Positions 9,651-19,230 of a stretch of DNA of 64,000 nt are shown here, one piece after another. Each line of letters begins with the position of its first letter. Position 1 is the first letter of the stretch. The DNA comes from a virus (Duplodnaviria; Caudoviricetes): the IMG/VR virus record IMGVR_UViG_3300011113_000415; one strand, written 5' to 3'. The position numbers and the translations under genes are program-made. The notes beneath the pieces are model-generated. The model saw only the letters and a program-made list of their open reading frames with translations. It was not told the DNA's origin and searched no databases.

Positions 9651-11096
9651 TTACCAGAAACTAGCAATAAACTCAAAGGCCTCTTCGGCCAATGGTGCGG
9701 CATCAGCAAGAACTGAGTCTGCTCCACCTAATAAATCTGCAGGCAATTCAAATGCTGAAATATCAAGTTCGGTCAAATCAAGTGGTATGTCAAGTGCGGC
9801 CGACGAGAAGTCAATATTTGACAATATGTCCGATGCTCCGGGTATGTTGCTCAACAGGTCGGCGGCTCCTGGAAGATTACTAACTTTGCTGAGCAATTGC
9901 GAGGCACCTTGTATTTGATTCACTAGACCTTGTCCTGATTTTATTAATGACAAAATGTTGTTTGCACCTGGCACCTGAGACAGTACTGCTAATCCTGCTG
10001 ATGATTGTGCCAATTGTGTTAACAGTATTGATGAAGACTGGTTAACAGCAGCCACCTGAGAACTTTGTGCTCTAGCATCAACTCCCAACACAGGATTGGC
10101 AAATATGTTACGAGGTATCTTGTTGTTGCCAATTATGCTGTTGAAAGCGGTATCTATCACTGATCGATTTACTGTGTTAGAATAGCCTCGAGGAGTTTGA
10201 ACGCCTGTTTGTAAAGGATTACCTCCGCCGCTTACAGACTGGTTCACTGTGCCAAAATTCTGACCAAATATTGAATTAATGGCTGATGTAGTCAACTGAC
10301 CAATATCGCTACCACCTACTGTATTGTTTAACCAAGAGGTGGTTGCACTTATTCCATAGTTGGCCGCATTGTTGACCACTGCACCTAGATCTGTATTGGA
10401 ACTCAGTAGATTATTTGTAGTGGTAGACACAACTCCTAAATTAGATAGATTGTCGTAACTGGTTGCCAATGTACTTTGTTGTGTTATACTTTGTAGGGTT
10501 GGGTTAGACAGTATTGAATCCAAACTGTCTGCACCGCCTACCCCAGTCCATACTGTAGGACTACTGAGAGTGCTGACTAAGTTTGCAGGATCTTGATTGA
10601 TCAATTCTGCTGTGCCTGGTTTGATCAGCCCTGCTTGTTGCAACTGATCTGGGGTGAGTCCGTAGGTGCCCAGACCTTTTTCGTTGGTAATTTCTGTGGC
10701 CGGCTGATTCACTGCCGCGGCAGTAGACGAAAGTAATCCTTGTATCTGTGTTGTTGATAGTGGACCTACTGTACTGCTTGCCAACACTGGAGTATTGACA
10801 AAAGTTGAAATGTTTACTGGATTTTGTGCAGGAAGATTTGGTATTTTGGTTATCGCACTGCCTATTTGAGATATAGTGCTTGGTGTAATAGATGAGGTAA
10901 CTTGAGCCAGTGCTGTGGCAAGACCACCTTTGGCCTGAACCAAACTGTTTAATATATCACCAGACCGTAGTCCTGTTAGGCTACCAGTGTTGTACTGTTG
11001 ATTAAAGATGGCCAAGGCTTGGTCATAGGTAGATCCTGCTGGCCCAGTAACTTCAATTGGTTGACCTGTAGGGGTAACAAACTTAAAAACGTTCAT
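9651..11096 (-). CDS. Baseplate-associated protein of unknown function (~481 aa), Ser/Thr/Asn/Gly-rich, possible degenerate muramidase-like segment
   Basis: ORF track 9651..11114; likely start is the ATG at 11096, which overlaps the gp5-like stop (ATGA); lies inside the baseplate operon. Confidence 0.6.
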   Translation of the reverse strand: MNVFKFVTPTGQPIEVTGPAGSTYDQALAIFNQQYNTGSLTGLRSGDILNSLVQAKGGLATALAQVTSSITPSTISQIGSAITKIPNLPAQNPVNISTFVNTPVLASSTVGPLSTTQIQGLLSSTAAAVNQPATEITNEKGLGTYGLTPDQLQQAGLIKPGTAELINQDPANLVSTLSSPTVWTGVGGADSLDSILSNPTLQSITQQSTLATSYDNLSNLGVVSTTTNNLLSSNTDLGAVVNNAANYGISATTSWLNNTVGGSDIGQLTTSAINSIFGQNFGTVNQSVSGGGNPLQTGVQTPRGYSNTVNRSVIDTAFNSIIGNNKIPRNIFANPVLGVDARAQSSQVAAVNQSSSILLTQLAQSSAGLAVLSQVPGANNILSLIKSGQGLVNQIQGASQLLSKVSNLPGAADLLSNIPGASDILSNIDFSSAALDIPLDLTELDISAFELPADLLGGADSVLADAAPLAEEAFEFIASFW

Positions 11097-12601
11097 TTGA
11101 CTTGGAAATCCCATCCCGAGGGCACTGCCTCAGCAGTAGGAGGTGGTGTGGGCTGTCCATCAACAAAATCTACTACCACACTCACACCTTGGTTGTGATA
11201 TTTATAGGGCTCGTGTGTGGGTGCTCGAGTCACAATACTTTCTAGGGCACCTGTTTTGACTTGCCAACCTGTACTGTTGTTAAAAGTAGTATCATCAAGA
11301 GTGCGCTTGGGATACAGTTTAGGAGGTGTTACTGTTTTGGCCGACCCACCATTGAGATCAATACGTCCTGCCTTGAGTGCTAGTTTTGTTCCGCCTTGCC
11401 AGGAACTGGTTGCACCTTGCAGACTCAAACTGCCATCACTGCGAACTCCTAATGCGGCTGTGCTGTACAAGGTCATGCCTGCTTCGGCTGCCAGGTTCAT
11501 TGTGGTCACTGCACCAATGTTGGTGGCTGCACCGCTCTTCATACTGATATTGCCGCCAGCATACATGTTGATGTCCTTGTCAGCATGCAAGTTGATTGTG
11601 CCTTCTGTGCGCACGTTCACAGAGTTAGTAGAATACACATCCACGGTGCCTTCGACTCCCAGTTCAATCCAGGTTTGTCCATTGGCATGAGCAATGTAGA
11701 TAAAGTCGTTGGAGTCATTCATCATGATCTGATGACCTTTGGCTGACCTTAGGCGAAACAAGGCATTGTTGCTGTCAAGGTCTCCGTCGTCCATGACCAA
11801 AGTATGTCCACCGTAACGACCAATTACTTGCACATCTTGTGGGTTCACTGAGCCTGTGCTTAATTGTTTACGAATTGTGTTGGGATCTTGTCCTCCAGCA
11901 TAGATTGGTATTCCTGGAGTTGATATACCATACACAGTGCTGGGACTTTCTCTCTGTGCGCTTGATCCAATGGGACCACGTTCAGGATCATTGCTGAGTC
12001 CTTGTTGAAAATATATGGCAGCCTGTACCGAATGGACTGGTTTGGGTTGATCGTAGAACTTGGGATTTTTATCAATCTGTTCGTTTTCGTTATTGATTTC
12101 GGTCACTGGCAACTGTGGAGCCTTGGCAAAATATGCTGCCTGTGCTTTGTTACCAGACACATATTGACTCTTGGGCACAGCACCAATGGCTGGTATCATG
12201 CGATTCACGCCAGGATCGGGTATGCACCCAATGTAGTAGCCAAGGTTAGGATCACCATTCACAAACAAACACAAAACTCGTGTGCCTATGTCAGGTGGTG
12301 TGAACCACATGCCATAACTTTGTTGGTTGCCAGGATATGAACCCACTCCTGTACTGGCACTGTTTTTTTCTGTAACACCATAAAAAGGCGGCAGGTAGTT
12401 GACCAAGCGCCAGCCTGCAGGATTGTCTTCAGGATTGTCTCCACTGAACTGCTGGATGTAGACCCATAGCCTACCAGATCTAATGCTGTCTATGTTGTTT
12501 TTGACCACGCCCACAAAAGGGCCCACGTCGGCAATTTGCCCGCCGCGATCAAATTTGAAATTGTCTGCTCTTCCTGAACTGCGTTCTAGATTTTCTGCCA
12601 T
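11093..12601 (-). CDS. gp5: Baseplate central spike, gp5/VgrG-like (OB fold plus beta-helix, no T4-lysozyme domain recognised)
   Basis: GPFVGVVKNNIDSIRSGRLWVYI and WFTPPDIGTRVLCLF OB-fold motifs; GHTLVMDD / GHQIMMND repeats; VxG-type beta-helix tail; AAGGA SD. Confidence 0.75.
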   Translation of the reverse strand: MAENLERSSGRADNFKFDRGGQIADVGPFVGVVKNNIDSIRSGRLWVYIQQFSGDNPEDNPAGWRLVNYLPPFYGVTEKNSASTGVGSYPGNQQSYGMWFTPPDIGTRVLCLFVNGDPNLGYYIGCIPDPGVNRMIPAIGAVPKSQYVSGNKAQAAYFAKAPQLPVTEINNENEQIDKNPKFYDQPKPVHSVQAAIYFQQGLSNDPERGPIGSSAQRESPSTVYGISTPGIPIYAGGQDPNTIRKQLSTGSVNPQDVQVIGRYGGHTLVMDDGDLDSNNALFRLRSAKGHQIMMNDSNDFIYIAHANGQTWIELGVEGTVDVYSTNSVNVRTEGTINLHADKDINMYAGGNISMKSGAATNIGAVTTMNLAAEAGMTLYSTAALGVRSDGSLSLQGATSSWQGGTKLALKAGRIDLNGGSAKTVTPPKLYPKRTLDDTTFNNSTGWQVKTGALESIVTRAPTHEPYKYHNQGVSVVVDFVDGQPTPPPTAEAVPSGWDFQVK

Positions 12602-12610
12602 TGTTTTTCC

Positions 12611-14281
12611 TTATCCTGGGTTGCCGTCTTTGACTATGGGCTGTGGTCCTGTGCGAATGCCAGGTAGTGCAGTGCCTTGATTATTGTTTGTTCCGGCTGC
12701 CGATGCGGCTCGTGCAATCTCCAAGGCCTGGACATCGTTCTTGCCGGCCTTGCGAGCCTCAATATAAGCAGGTGACCCACGCAGTTCTGCATTACTGGCC
12801 GTGGGCGGCACATCAACTGGATGCAGAATCTGTTGTACACCTTTGGCCAAACTGGATTGTTGGCTTGCCACTGCGCGATTTTGTGTTTCTTGCTGTTGTT
12901 GACGTTGTCTGGCTGCTCGGTCAACTGGCGCCTTGGTTTCTCTTGCCACTGATGAAGGTGCATTTACTTGAGCACTTGCATTGTAGGTGATCCATTGTCC
13001 TTCCAATTCCTGGGTGAACTTGCCCCCTTTAAACACATGAGTGGCCTTGCTGGCAACGTAAAGTGTTGAAACTGTGTTGCTTCCTCCAGGTTGGCTGGGT
13101 GCTGTGGAGGCATCTATCAATCCTGTTTGTAGATTGTAATCTGCAGGTGTGTTGAATGTGATTTCAAAATAAGATCCGCTGACCATGGAGTTGATAGAGC
13201 CATCAGCCAAAAAAGGTTTTGCGCTGAACATTTCAGGCGACACATACTGTGTGAGATGACTGGGTAGCCAGGCAGGATCCCCCACTATGGTTATTTTTGC
13301 TTTGGCAAGATCAGACGAGTACAAAAAGTCTGCGGCATTGGCCCCAGGTTCCATGGTATTTTGTTCGCCGCCTTGATTGCTCTGGCCGCTGGCAGGAAAC
13401 ACATTGGTTTTCCAGGTCTCTTGATAGTTAGGGTTGGTTTGAAAATTGGCCTTTTGTACTCGAACTTCTGGCACAGTGTTGCCAGTGATGGCCTGGGTCC
13501 ATTGATTGTTGAATGACTGTTCAAAACTCAGTACCGAACTATTTTCGCCTGTGAACCAGTATTTGTAGGATTTGTGAACACCTCGATATTTGCCTGAATT
13601 GAAATATGTGCTCAACACAGGAGTTTCAAAAGGCACTACATAAAACTTCATGCGATAGGCATGGTCTTTTCTTTTGAAATCATAGCCCAGCATGGTTATG
13701 TTGCATAGAACATGAAACCATGCAAACTGATCAGACAGTTTTGAAGTCCTTGGTTCCCAAATCTCTTTGGTTTGATTCCATATTATTTTAGACTGATCTT
13801 GGATGTAGTTGCTGCCTCTAATGACCTGATCAATAAATTGAACAATTTGCTGGCCTGCTGAACATGCGCGAGCACGAGATTTGGGATCCATGCTTTGCCG
13901 AGATGGGTCCAGTTGTTGTGCGGCAGTGCCGCCTTTGGATCCCACTGCCAGTGATTTGTCTAGGCCGCCTGGTGGCACAACCACAGCATCACTGATGATT
14001 TTGTCTGAAAATTCAATCTCATATATGTCCGCAATTTCAATCTGTCCATTTTTGACCAAATTCAATTGATAGGCATTCAAGGCTGCTATGAGCCCGGTGC
14101 CCACTGTGTCAGTTGAAGGCTTGGGTGCCGCACTGGCCTTGGGCGGTGCTTGAGTGGTGGGGTTGGAAAGACCCAAGAATGCAGGAGGCTGTGCTGTACT
14201 GCCTGGACCAAAAACTGTGTTGGCAGGTTTGATAGGAACAGTGTTGGGTATTATTCCTAATGATTGAAAAGGATTAGCCAT
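12611..14281 (-). CDS. Baseplate hub (gp27/gp44-like), C-terminal part (556 aa)
   Basis: AKITIVGDPAWL...LYVASKATHVFKGGKFTQELEG resembles the C-terminal barrel of gp27/VgrG-type hubs; immediately upstream of the spike gene. Confidence 0.55.
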   Translation of the reverse strand: MANPFQSLGIIPNTVPIKPANTVFGPGSTAQPPAFLGLSNPTTQAPPKASAAPKPSTDTVGTGLIAALNAYQLNLVKNGQIEIADIYEIEFSDKIISDAVVVPPGGLDKSLAVGSKGGTAAQQLDPSRQSMDPKSRARACSAGQQIVQFIDQVIRGSNYIQDQSKIIWNQTKEIWEPRTSKLSDQFAWFHVLCNITMLGYDFKRKDHAYRMKFYVVPFETPVLSTYFNSGKYRGVHKSYKYWFTGENSSVLSFEQSFNNQWTQAITGNTVPEVRVQKANFQTNPNYQETWKTNVFPASGQSNQGGEQNTMEPGANAADFLYSSDLAKAKITIVGDPAWLPSHLTQYVSPEMFSAKPFLADGSINSMVSGSYFEITFNTPADYNLQTGLIDASTAPSQPGGSNTVSTLYVASKATHVFKGGKFTQELEGQWITYNASAQVNAPSSVARETKAPVDRAARQRQQQQETQNRAVASQQSSLAKGVQQILHPVDVPPTASNAELRGSPAYIEARKAGKNDVQALEIARAASAAGTNNNQGTALPGIRTGPQPIVKDGNPG

Positions 14282-15837
14282 TATAATCCTCCGCCACCAA
14301 AGGCCATGCCTTGATCATTTATTGTGTTTGGATCTGTTCCTGCTACAACAGGAGGAACAGAAGAAATTGGCACATCATTTCTGGTGTTATCACCTGCGGC
14401 TTGACTGGCTGTTTGTTGTTTGATTTGACCAACCAGGATATCTTTTACTGTGGTTCCTGTAAACTGCATGTTGAAAGGTATACTGCCTCGGTTGATACTG
14501 AATCCAATATTGGTACTGGGCACAGCACCAGTAATTCTATATTCTGTCAATTTGCTACTGACTGAATAATTCAAACTGGTCTGTTGATAAAATATGAATT
14601 TTTCCACAGCCGCATTGGGATCTGTGCTGCCAATGCTGTTGGTTATGGGTTGAACCAATTGTCCTGCTTCATTATACCCATAGAATCTTATGGCCAAACA
14701 ATACATCACTGATGAATAATTGATAAAACTGCCTGTTGCAGAATTTTTTGTATCGGTTTGGCTGTAAATTTCGTTTACGGCACGATAAAGATTGAGTGGC
14801 AGTGTGACTCCGTTGGGTTCGCTTATGGTAAATGACACATTCACGTAGGCCATTGGCCCACCAGAGTCAAGGCCGGCTGGATAAGCAGTCTCCATTGTGA
14901 GATTGTCAATGTAGTAATCCAAATTGAAATACTGATTACGTGAGGCTCCAACCACTGTGGTTCCTGGAACGGTGTCAAGATATGTTTTGTTGTATGCTGG
15001 AACAGTGACATCGATTGGAGTGCTGACTCTTGTGCCTGGTGCTGTGCCTGCTCCGCCACTTTGTGCCAAGAGGTAATAACCACTGAGTTCAGGATTTTTC
15101 ATTCTTATGATGTTTGAATTGTATGATGTTGGCGTGGCCAGGTACCAACTGATAGAGTAGGTGTAACTGGCATAATTATCCAATACATTTGCCTTTTCAA
15201 ATATAGGATTTTTTTCCGCAGAGTACAAGTCATTCAAAGTGTTGGCAACTACGTTGGGTGTCTGTGGTGTGTTGTCATCTCTAGGACCGCCGGCTCCTGG
15301 TCCACCTAGATCTGTACGTCTAGGATCACGAGAGGCAAAATCAGCGGTGCTTTGTCCTGCACCTGCGCCGGCTGTGGCACGATTGCTGGCATTGTTGATG
15401 GCTTGTGTTTGCGAAGTGGGTCGCAAATTGGCATTGGTTCCGTCGGTGGGTGTGTTTTCCGAGGTAGGAGTTGGGTTGGCATTGGTGCCTGATCTAGGTT
15501 CCACTTGTTCAATGCGTTTGTCTGGAGTCAGTATCTGTTGTCCTGTTATGGGACGAGAGGCATTGGCATTTTCATCTCTGGCCTGATTGGCATTGCCTAC
15601 GATAGCACCCGAACTGGCCACAGGTTGTTGGGCAAAGTTGTTGTACTCAATCAACACGATGTCAAGTCGTTGTTGCAATTCTGCCAAATAAGATCTTGCA
15701 CTTTCAATTTGTTGTTGCAATCTAGCGTTGCCAGGTGCTTGAGCCAAGATGGCTTCATCTCTGGCAATAATTGCTTGTTGTTGCTTGATTTCGGCTTGAA
15801 TTCTTGCTAGTTCGGCAGCCCAGGGATTTGTTGCCAT
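14281..15837 (-). CDS. Baseplate hub-like protein, N-terminal part (~518 aa)
   Basis: Likely start MATNPWAAE at 15837, 2 nt after the upstream stop. NVLDNYASYTYSISWYL and YYIDNLTMET...VSFTISEPNG motifs. Stop overlaps the next ATG (TAATG). Confidence 0.55.
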   Translation of the reverse strand: MATNPWAAELARIQAEIKQQQAIIARDEAILAQAPGNARLQQQIESARSYLAELQQRLDIVLIEYNNFAQQPVASSGAIVGNANQARDENANASRPITGQQILTPDKRIEQVEPRSGTNANPTPTSENTPTDGTNANLRPTSQTQAINNASNRATAGAGAGQSTADFASRDPRRTDLGGPGAGGPRDDNTPQTPNVVANTLNDLYSAEKNPIFEKANVLDNYASYTYSISWYLATPTSYNSNIIRMKNPELSGYYLLAQSGGAGTAPGTRVSTPIDVTVPAYNKTYLDTVPGTTVVGASRNQYFNLDYYIDNLTMETAYPAGLDSGGPMAYVNVSFTISEPNGVTLPLNLYRAVNEIYSQTDTKNSATGSFINYSSVMYCLAIRFYGYNEAGQLVQPITNSIGSTDPNAAVEKFIFYQQTSLNYSVSSKLTEYRITGAVPSTNIGFSINRGSIPFNMQFTGTTVKDILVGQIKQQTASQAAGDNTRNDVPISSVPPVVAGTDPNTINDQGMAFGGGGL

Positions 15838-15839
15838 GT

Positions 15840-16139
15840 TTAGAATCCTAACACGTTGCGTAGTGTGCTGAGTTTGGGCAGATAGATTTGAGTACCTGCC
15901 CGGAAGTCTAGTGGTGGTGCTTGTAGTGTGTTGGGGTTGCGTTGATAAAACACCCACCACAAGGCCGCAGTTGAATACAAGTCATAGGCCAACAAATCAG
16001 GTCTGTACTGATAGGTTTGATTGATCAACATTATGGTATCATCTGTTTCTTTGGGTATGGGCCGATTGGTCATGGTATCCAAAAAGAACTGACTGTATCC
16101 AGTGGCAAAATAAGGACTGGTTGCGTTGTAGGTGGCCAT
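15840..16139 (-). CDS. gp53: Baseplate wedge gp53-like / LysM-like protein (99 aa)
   Basis: YQYRPDLLAYDLYSTAALWWVFYQRNP is typical of the gp53/tail-X family. Confidence 0.7.
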   Translation of the reverse strand: MATYNATSPYFATGYSQFFLDTMTNRPIPKETDDTIMLINQTYQYRPDLLAYDLYSTAALWWVFYQRNPNTLQAPPLDFRAGTQIYLPKLSTLRNVLGF

Positions 16140-18211
16140 TACCAGAATCCTTTCTTGAGCAAATTGCCATTGGCATAGTCTCTCACACTGAATTCTCGGG
16201 TAACTTGATTGCGCGACTGCACCGGTAACAAACTTATCATGATGTCAATCTTGGTGGGCACATAAGTGGGTTGATTTTGTCCCAGAGTTGGTGGGGGCGG
16301 TCTGCAGATTTCTGCGCCATAACTGATGCCTTGACCACTGAACAAGTTCTGCAGGCGAGCCACAGCACCTGATATGGGATTGGTTGGTAAGTCTTGTCTG
16401 TTTCTGCGTGTGAGCATGTTGGTACCATTGATGTTGGTGGATCTAGCACGTATGTAGTCAACGTCACTGGGCAGGTTGTAATTAAAACTGGTTACCACGC
16501 AGGGGTGCTGGGAGAACTGATATTGCCCCAGACCAGACAAATATACCAAAGGTGGTGGCGCACCACGTTGCGGATCTTGGCCATAAAACATCTTGGTCAC
16601 CGAGCGAAAGAAATGTATCACTGCCAAGAGATAGTTGGCTTCGGTGGTATCTTGCGCTGTGAATGTGGCTGTGATACCCACTTGATCAGTGTAACTGCTC
16701 TTGTAAAAATAGCCTTTGTAGTTGCTGTGAGTCAAGGCATAACTTTCATAGTCGGCCTTGTAACTCATTTCAATCTTGGGGGTGTAGGGAAATATCACCC
16801 CATTTGTAATGGCCAGTGGCGCCAGTATGCCATCGGCATCCACATTGTACAAATAGTTGGCACCAGGTGCCAGGCTCAGTCGCACACGCCAATCACCGTT
16901 GTTGGCTATTTTCTTTTGCGCGGCTCGTACTGCCTGTTGTTGGGCTGCCTGACGTCCTACTTCCACCTGTGCGGCTTCATCTGCAACTGCATCATTGGCA
17001 CTTTGTAAAAGACGACCTTGTGCAATTTGTTCGGCGTCACTTACATAACCAGTATTGATAGGATTAACTGCCGCGGCGCTGGTGGTAGGATTAATCACTG
17101 TGGCAGTGATCTGTTGCGGCCCTACAAAACTAGGATCACTATTGACTTCTATCACAGGAACATTGGATCCGGCTGTGGTGGCTCGGTAACTGGCTGAGTT
17201 AGCATCAATGGAGGCTTCGTTGAATTGGATTGTTTCTTGTGCGGTAGTGATGTAGTTTTGATTGGTAGTTATGTCTTGGGTTGATTCAAAGATAATTTGA
17301 GCATTTTCTGCATTGTTGGCTTCTAGTACTGCTCGGCGTTCTGCACTGATGTTTGGATCAGCCAGTTCAGCATTGTTCTGTGCAATATAGCCTTCAGCAT
17401 TGGCAATATTTTGTTGTGCTGTTTGAATATTTTTAGTGGATCTTGCTATACCGTCTTGGCCTTGAGAGATGTAAGCGGCGGCTTGATCAATATTTTCAAG
17501 GTAAGGATTAGGCGACTGAGCATTGAGTCTGGCTGCCGAGGCTGCTGTCTGTTGATTGGCAGCGGCGATTGCGTCACCTGCACCTGTGTTAACTGGTGTG
17601 GCAGATGTGTTTATAGGATACTTGGGATTTTCTACCCAGTCACCGGCAGCATTTTTAATAAATGTGTCTGGCGGCCCAGCAAGATTGCTTTGACCTGGAT
17701 TTACTGGGGTGGCAACTGACTTGGCTCCTGCCCCAAACATCTCAAGCCTTACCTGGGCCGCCGAATCAGTTACGGCCAATACATCCGCAGGTATTAGTTG
17801 TTTGCCTGAGGCTTTGTCAACTGGATAACTTACTCCTGTCCTTGAATCAAATGCAAGTCCAGTTTGATCAACATACGCAGGTTGTGCGGTAGCAGATTTA
17901 TTCACTGCATTTGCGACATTTTTTGCTATTGGTGCATTAGGATCAACAAAATTATTAATGAATGCAGGATTGATATTTCTTGTTAGTTGTGCTGTTTGTT
18001 CAGCATTGAGAATGGTTAGACCGTATGCATCTTGAGTAGGGTTGGCGGCTGTGTCTGTTATTTGTCCAGGATAATTATCATCCCACCAGGCAGGATTGCC
18101 AGCCTCATCAGCAACCTGTTCACCTGAGTTGTCTTCTGTTACAGCGCCGTCCGACTGTATTTCTGCAGGCACATCTTCGGGTGCGGTCCAGATAAAATTT
18201 TCTTCATCCAT
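16139..18211 (-). CDS. Tail tube initiator / baseplate tail-tube cap (gp48/gp54-like C-terminal domain) with long low-complexity N-terminal extension (690 aa)
   Basis: C-terminal DWRVRLSL...GVIFPYTP...HSNY...FTAQ...GAPPPLVYLSGLGQY...PCVVTSFNYNLP is a tube-fold-like pattern; the first ~430 aa are Ala/Asn/Gln/Thr-rich. Confidence 0.55.
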   Translation of the reverse strand: MDEENFIWTAPEDVPAEIQSDGAVTEDNSGEQVADEAGNPAWWDDNYPGQITDTAANPTQDAYGLTILNAEQTAQLTRNINPAFINNFVDPNAPIAKNVANAVNKSATAQPAYVDQTGLAFDSRTGVSYPVDKASGKQLIPADVLAVTDSAAQVRLEMFGAGAKSVATPVNPGQSNLAGPPDTFIKNAAGDWVENPKYPINTSATPVNTGAGDAIAAANQQTAASAARLNAQSPNPYLENIDQAAAYISQGQDGIARSTKNIQTAQQNIANAEGYIAQNNAELADPNISAERRAVLEANNAENAQIIFESTQDITTNQNYITTAQETIQFNEASIDANSASYRATTAGSNVPVIEVNSDPSFVGPQQITATVINPTTSAAAVNPINTGYVSDAEQIAQGRLLQSANDAVADEAAQVEVGRQAAQQQAVRAAQKKIANNGDWRVRLSLAPGANYLYNVDADGILAPLAITNGVIFPYTPKIEMSYKADYESYALTHSNYKGYFYKSSYTDQVGITATFTAQDTTEANYLLAVIHFFRSVTKMFYGQDPQRGAPPPLVYLSGLGQYQFSQHPCVVTSFNYNLPSDVDYIRARSTNINGTNMLTRRNRQDLPTNPISGAVARLQNLFSGQGISYGAEICRPPPPTLGQNQPTYVPTKIDIMISLLPVQSRNQVTREFSVRDYANGNLLKKGFW

Positions 18212-18229
18212 GTTTGTTCCTTGACCCTG

Positions 18230-18235
18230 TATTTA
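18230..18235 (-). promoter_or_regulatory. Late promoter box for the baseplate operon
   Basis: TTAAATAC on the minus strand, followed by an AAGGA SD and ATG at 18211. Confidence 0.65.
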
Positions 18236-18267
18236 ACCAAAAAATTAACTGGTCCGTTTATAAAAGG

Positions 18268-18295
18268 TTGACAACTAGTACAAATGTGCTACAAT
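18268..18295 (+). promoter_or_regulatory. Sigma70-type early promoter for the gp55-gp47-gp46 operon
   Basis: TTGACA (18268-73), 16-nt spacer, extended -10 TGC-TACAAT (18287-95); AAGGA SD before ATG 18325. Confidence 0.75.
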
Positions 18296-18324
18296 AAGTA
18301 ATATTTTAAAGGAATCCCCAGTCA

Positions 18325-19218
18325 ATGACTGCAACTATCCGTGCCACACCCAAAACCAATTATCTCAACAACAGAGATATTCTCAAAGAGATACACCTAA
18401 GCAAAAATACCTACTGCTCTTTCCGAGATCCAGCAATCGATCATCAATTTGATATAATCCTGCCCTCTGTAAGCAAGATCAATCAAAAGACCATAGCCGA
18501 AGCCCGACGCAATCGTGCTGACCGTCTCAAGCGCGAAGGTATCATAGTTGACCCAAAGAAAATACCCAATACTGACTGTGTGTTTCGAGTCACTTGTTGG
18601 GATCACATACCCATGGCACCCAAGAAAGTCACCAAAGCCGAAGCCAAAAAACGGAAATTAGAGGACTTGTTGGAACTGGATGATGTGACTGAAGATCCTC
18701 TAGCGGACCTTGTAGAGGAGCCTATTCTGGATCCCACACACATGCGAGTTAACTTTCCTCCGTTCTGGCATTACCGAATTGATGACAATAAAGTGCCTTT
18801 TGTGGTGGGTAAAAGCCACTGGCGGGGTACCTTAGATGCGGGCGAGTTCTGTAAAGATCATGGCAAAATGACCCGAACTTTGGCCACAATGTTTATGAAA
18901 CTGTGCGAAAGATACGCCACAAGGTCAAACTGGCGTGGATACACCTACAACGAAGAAATGCGGGGTCAAGCCCTGCTACAACTGTCTCAAATAGGACTCC
19001 AGTTCGATGAATCAAAATCGCAGAACCCTTTTGCGTATTATACTGCCGCTATCACTAATAGTTTCACTCGTATCCTAAACATCGAAAAGAAAAACCAAAA
19101 CATTCGAGATGACATACTAGAAATGAACGGACTCAATCCTTCATGGACTCGCCAGAATTCTGGCAAGTATTCAATGGAAGCCTTGTCCGGACCGGTTGTG
19201 AGTAGCCTTGATGAGTAG
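18325..19218 (+). CDS. gp55: Late transcription sigma factor gp55-like (297 aa)
   Basis: NYLNNRDILKEI N-terminal motif and RYATRSNWRGYTYNEEM...FDESKSQNPFAYYTAAITNSFTRIL match T4 gp55; directly upstream of gp47 as in T4. Confidence 0.85.
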   Translation: MTATIRATPKTNYLNNRDILKEIHLSKNTYCSFRDPAIDHQFDIILPSVSKINQKTIAEARRNRADRLKREGIIVDPKKIPNTDCVFRVTCWDHIPMAPKKVTKAEAKKRKLEDLLELDDVTEDPLADLVEEPILDPTHMRVNFPPFWHYRIDDNKVPFVVGKSHWRGTLDAGEFCKDHGKMTRTLATMFMKLCERYATRSNWRGYTYNEEMRGQALLQLSQIGLQFDESKSQNPFAYYTAAITNSFTRILNIEKKNQNIRDDILEMNGLNPSWTRQNSGKYSMEALSGPVVSSLDE

Positions 19219-19230
19219 TATACTAACAGG

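Noticed and set aside
15838-15960. N-terminal extensions given by the ORF track (also 26676, 30611, 36087, 58270, 59490, 23784)
   Set aside because: They overlap neighbouring genes or promoters; downstream ATGs fit coupling, SD or promoter geometry better
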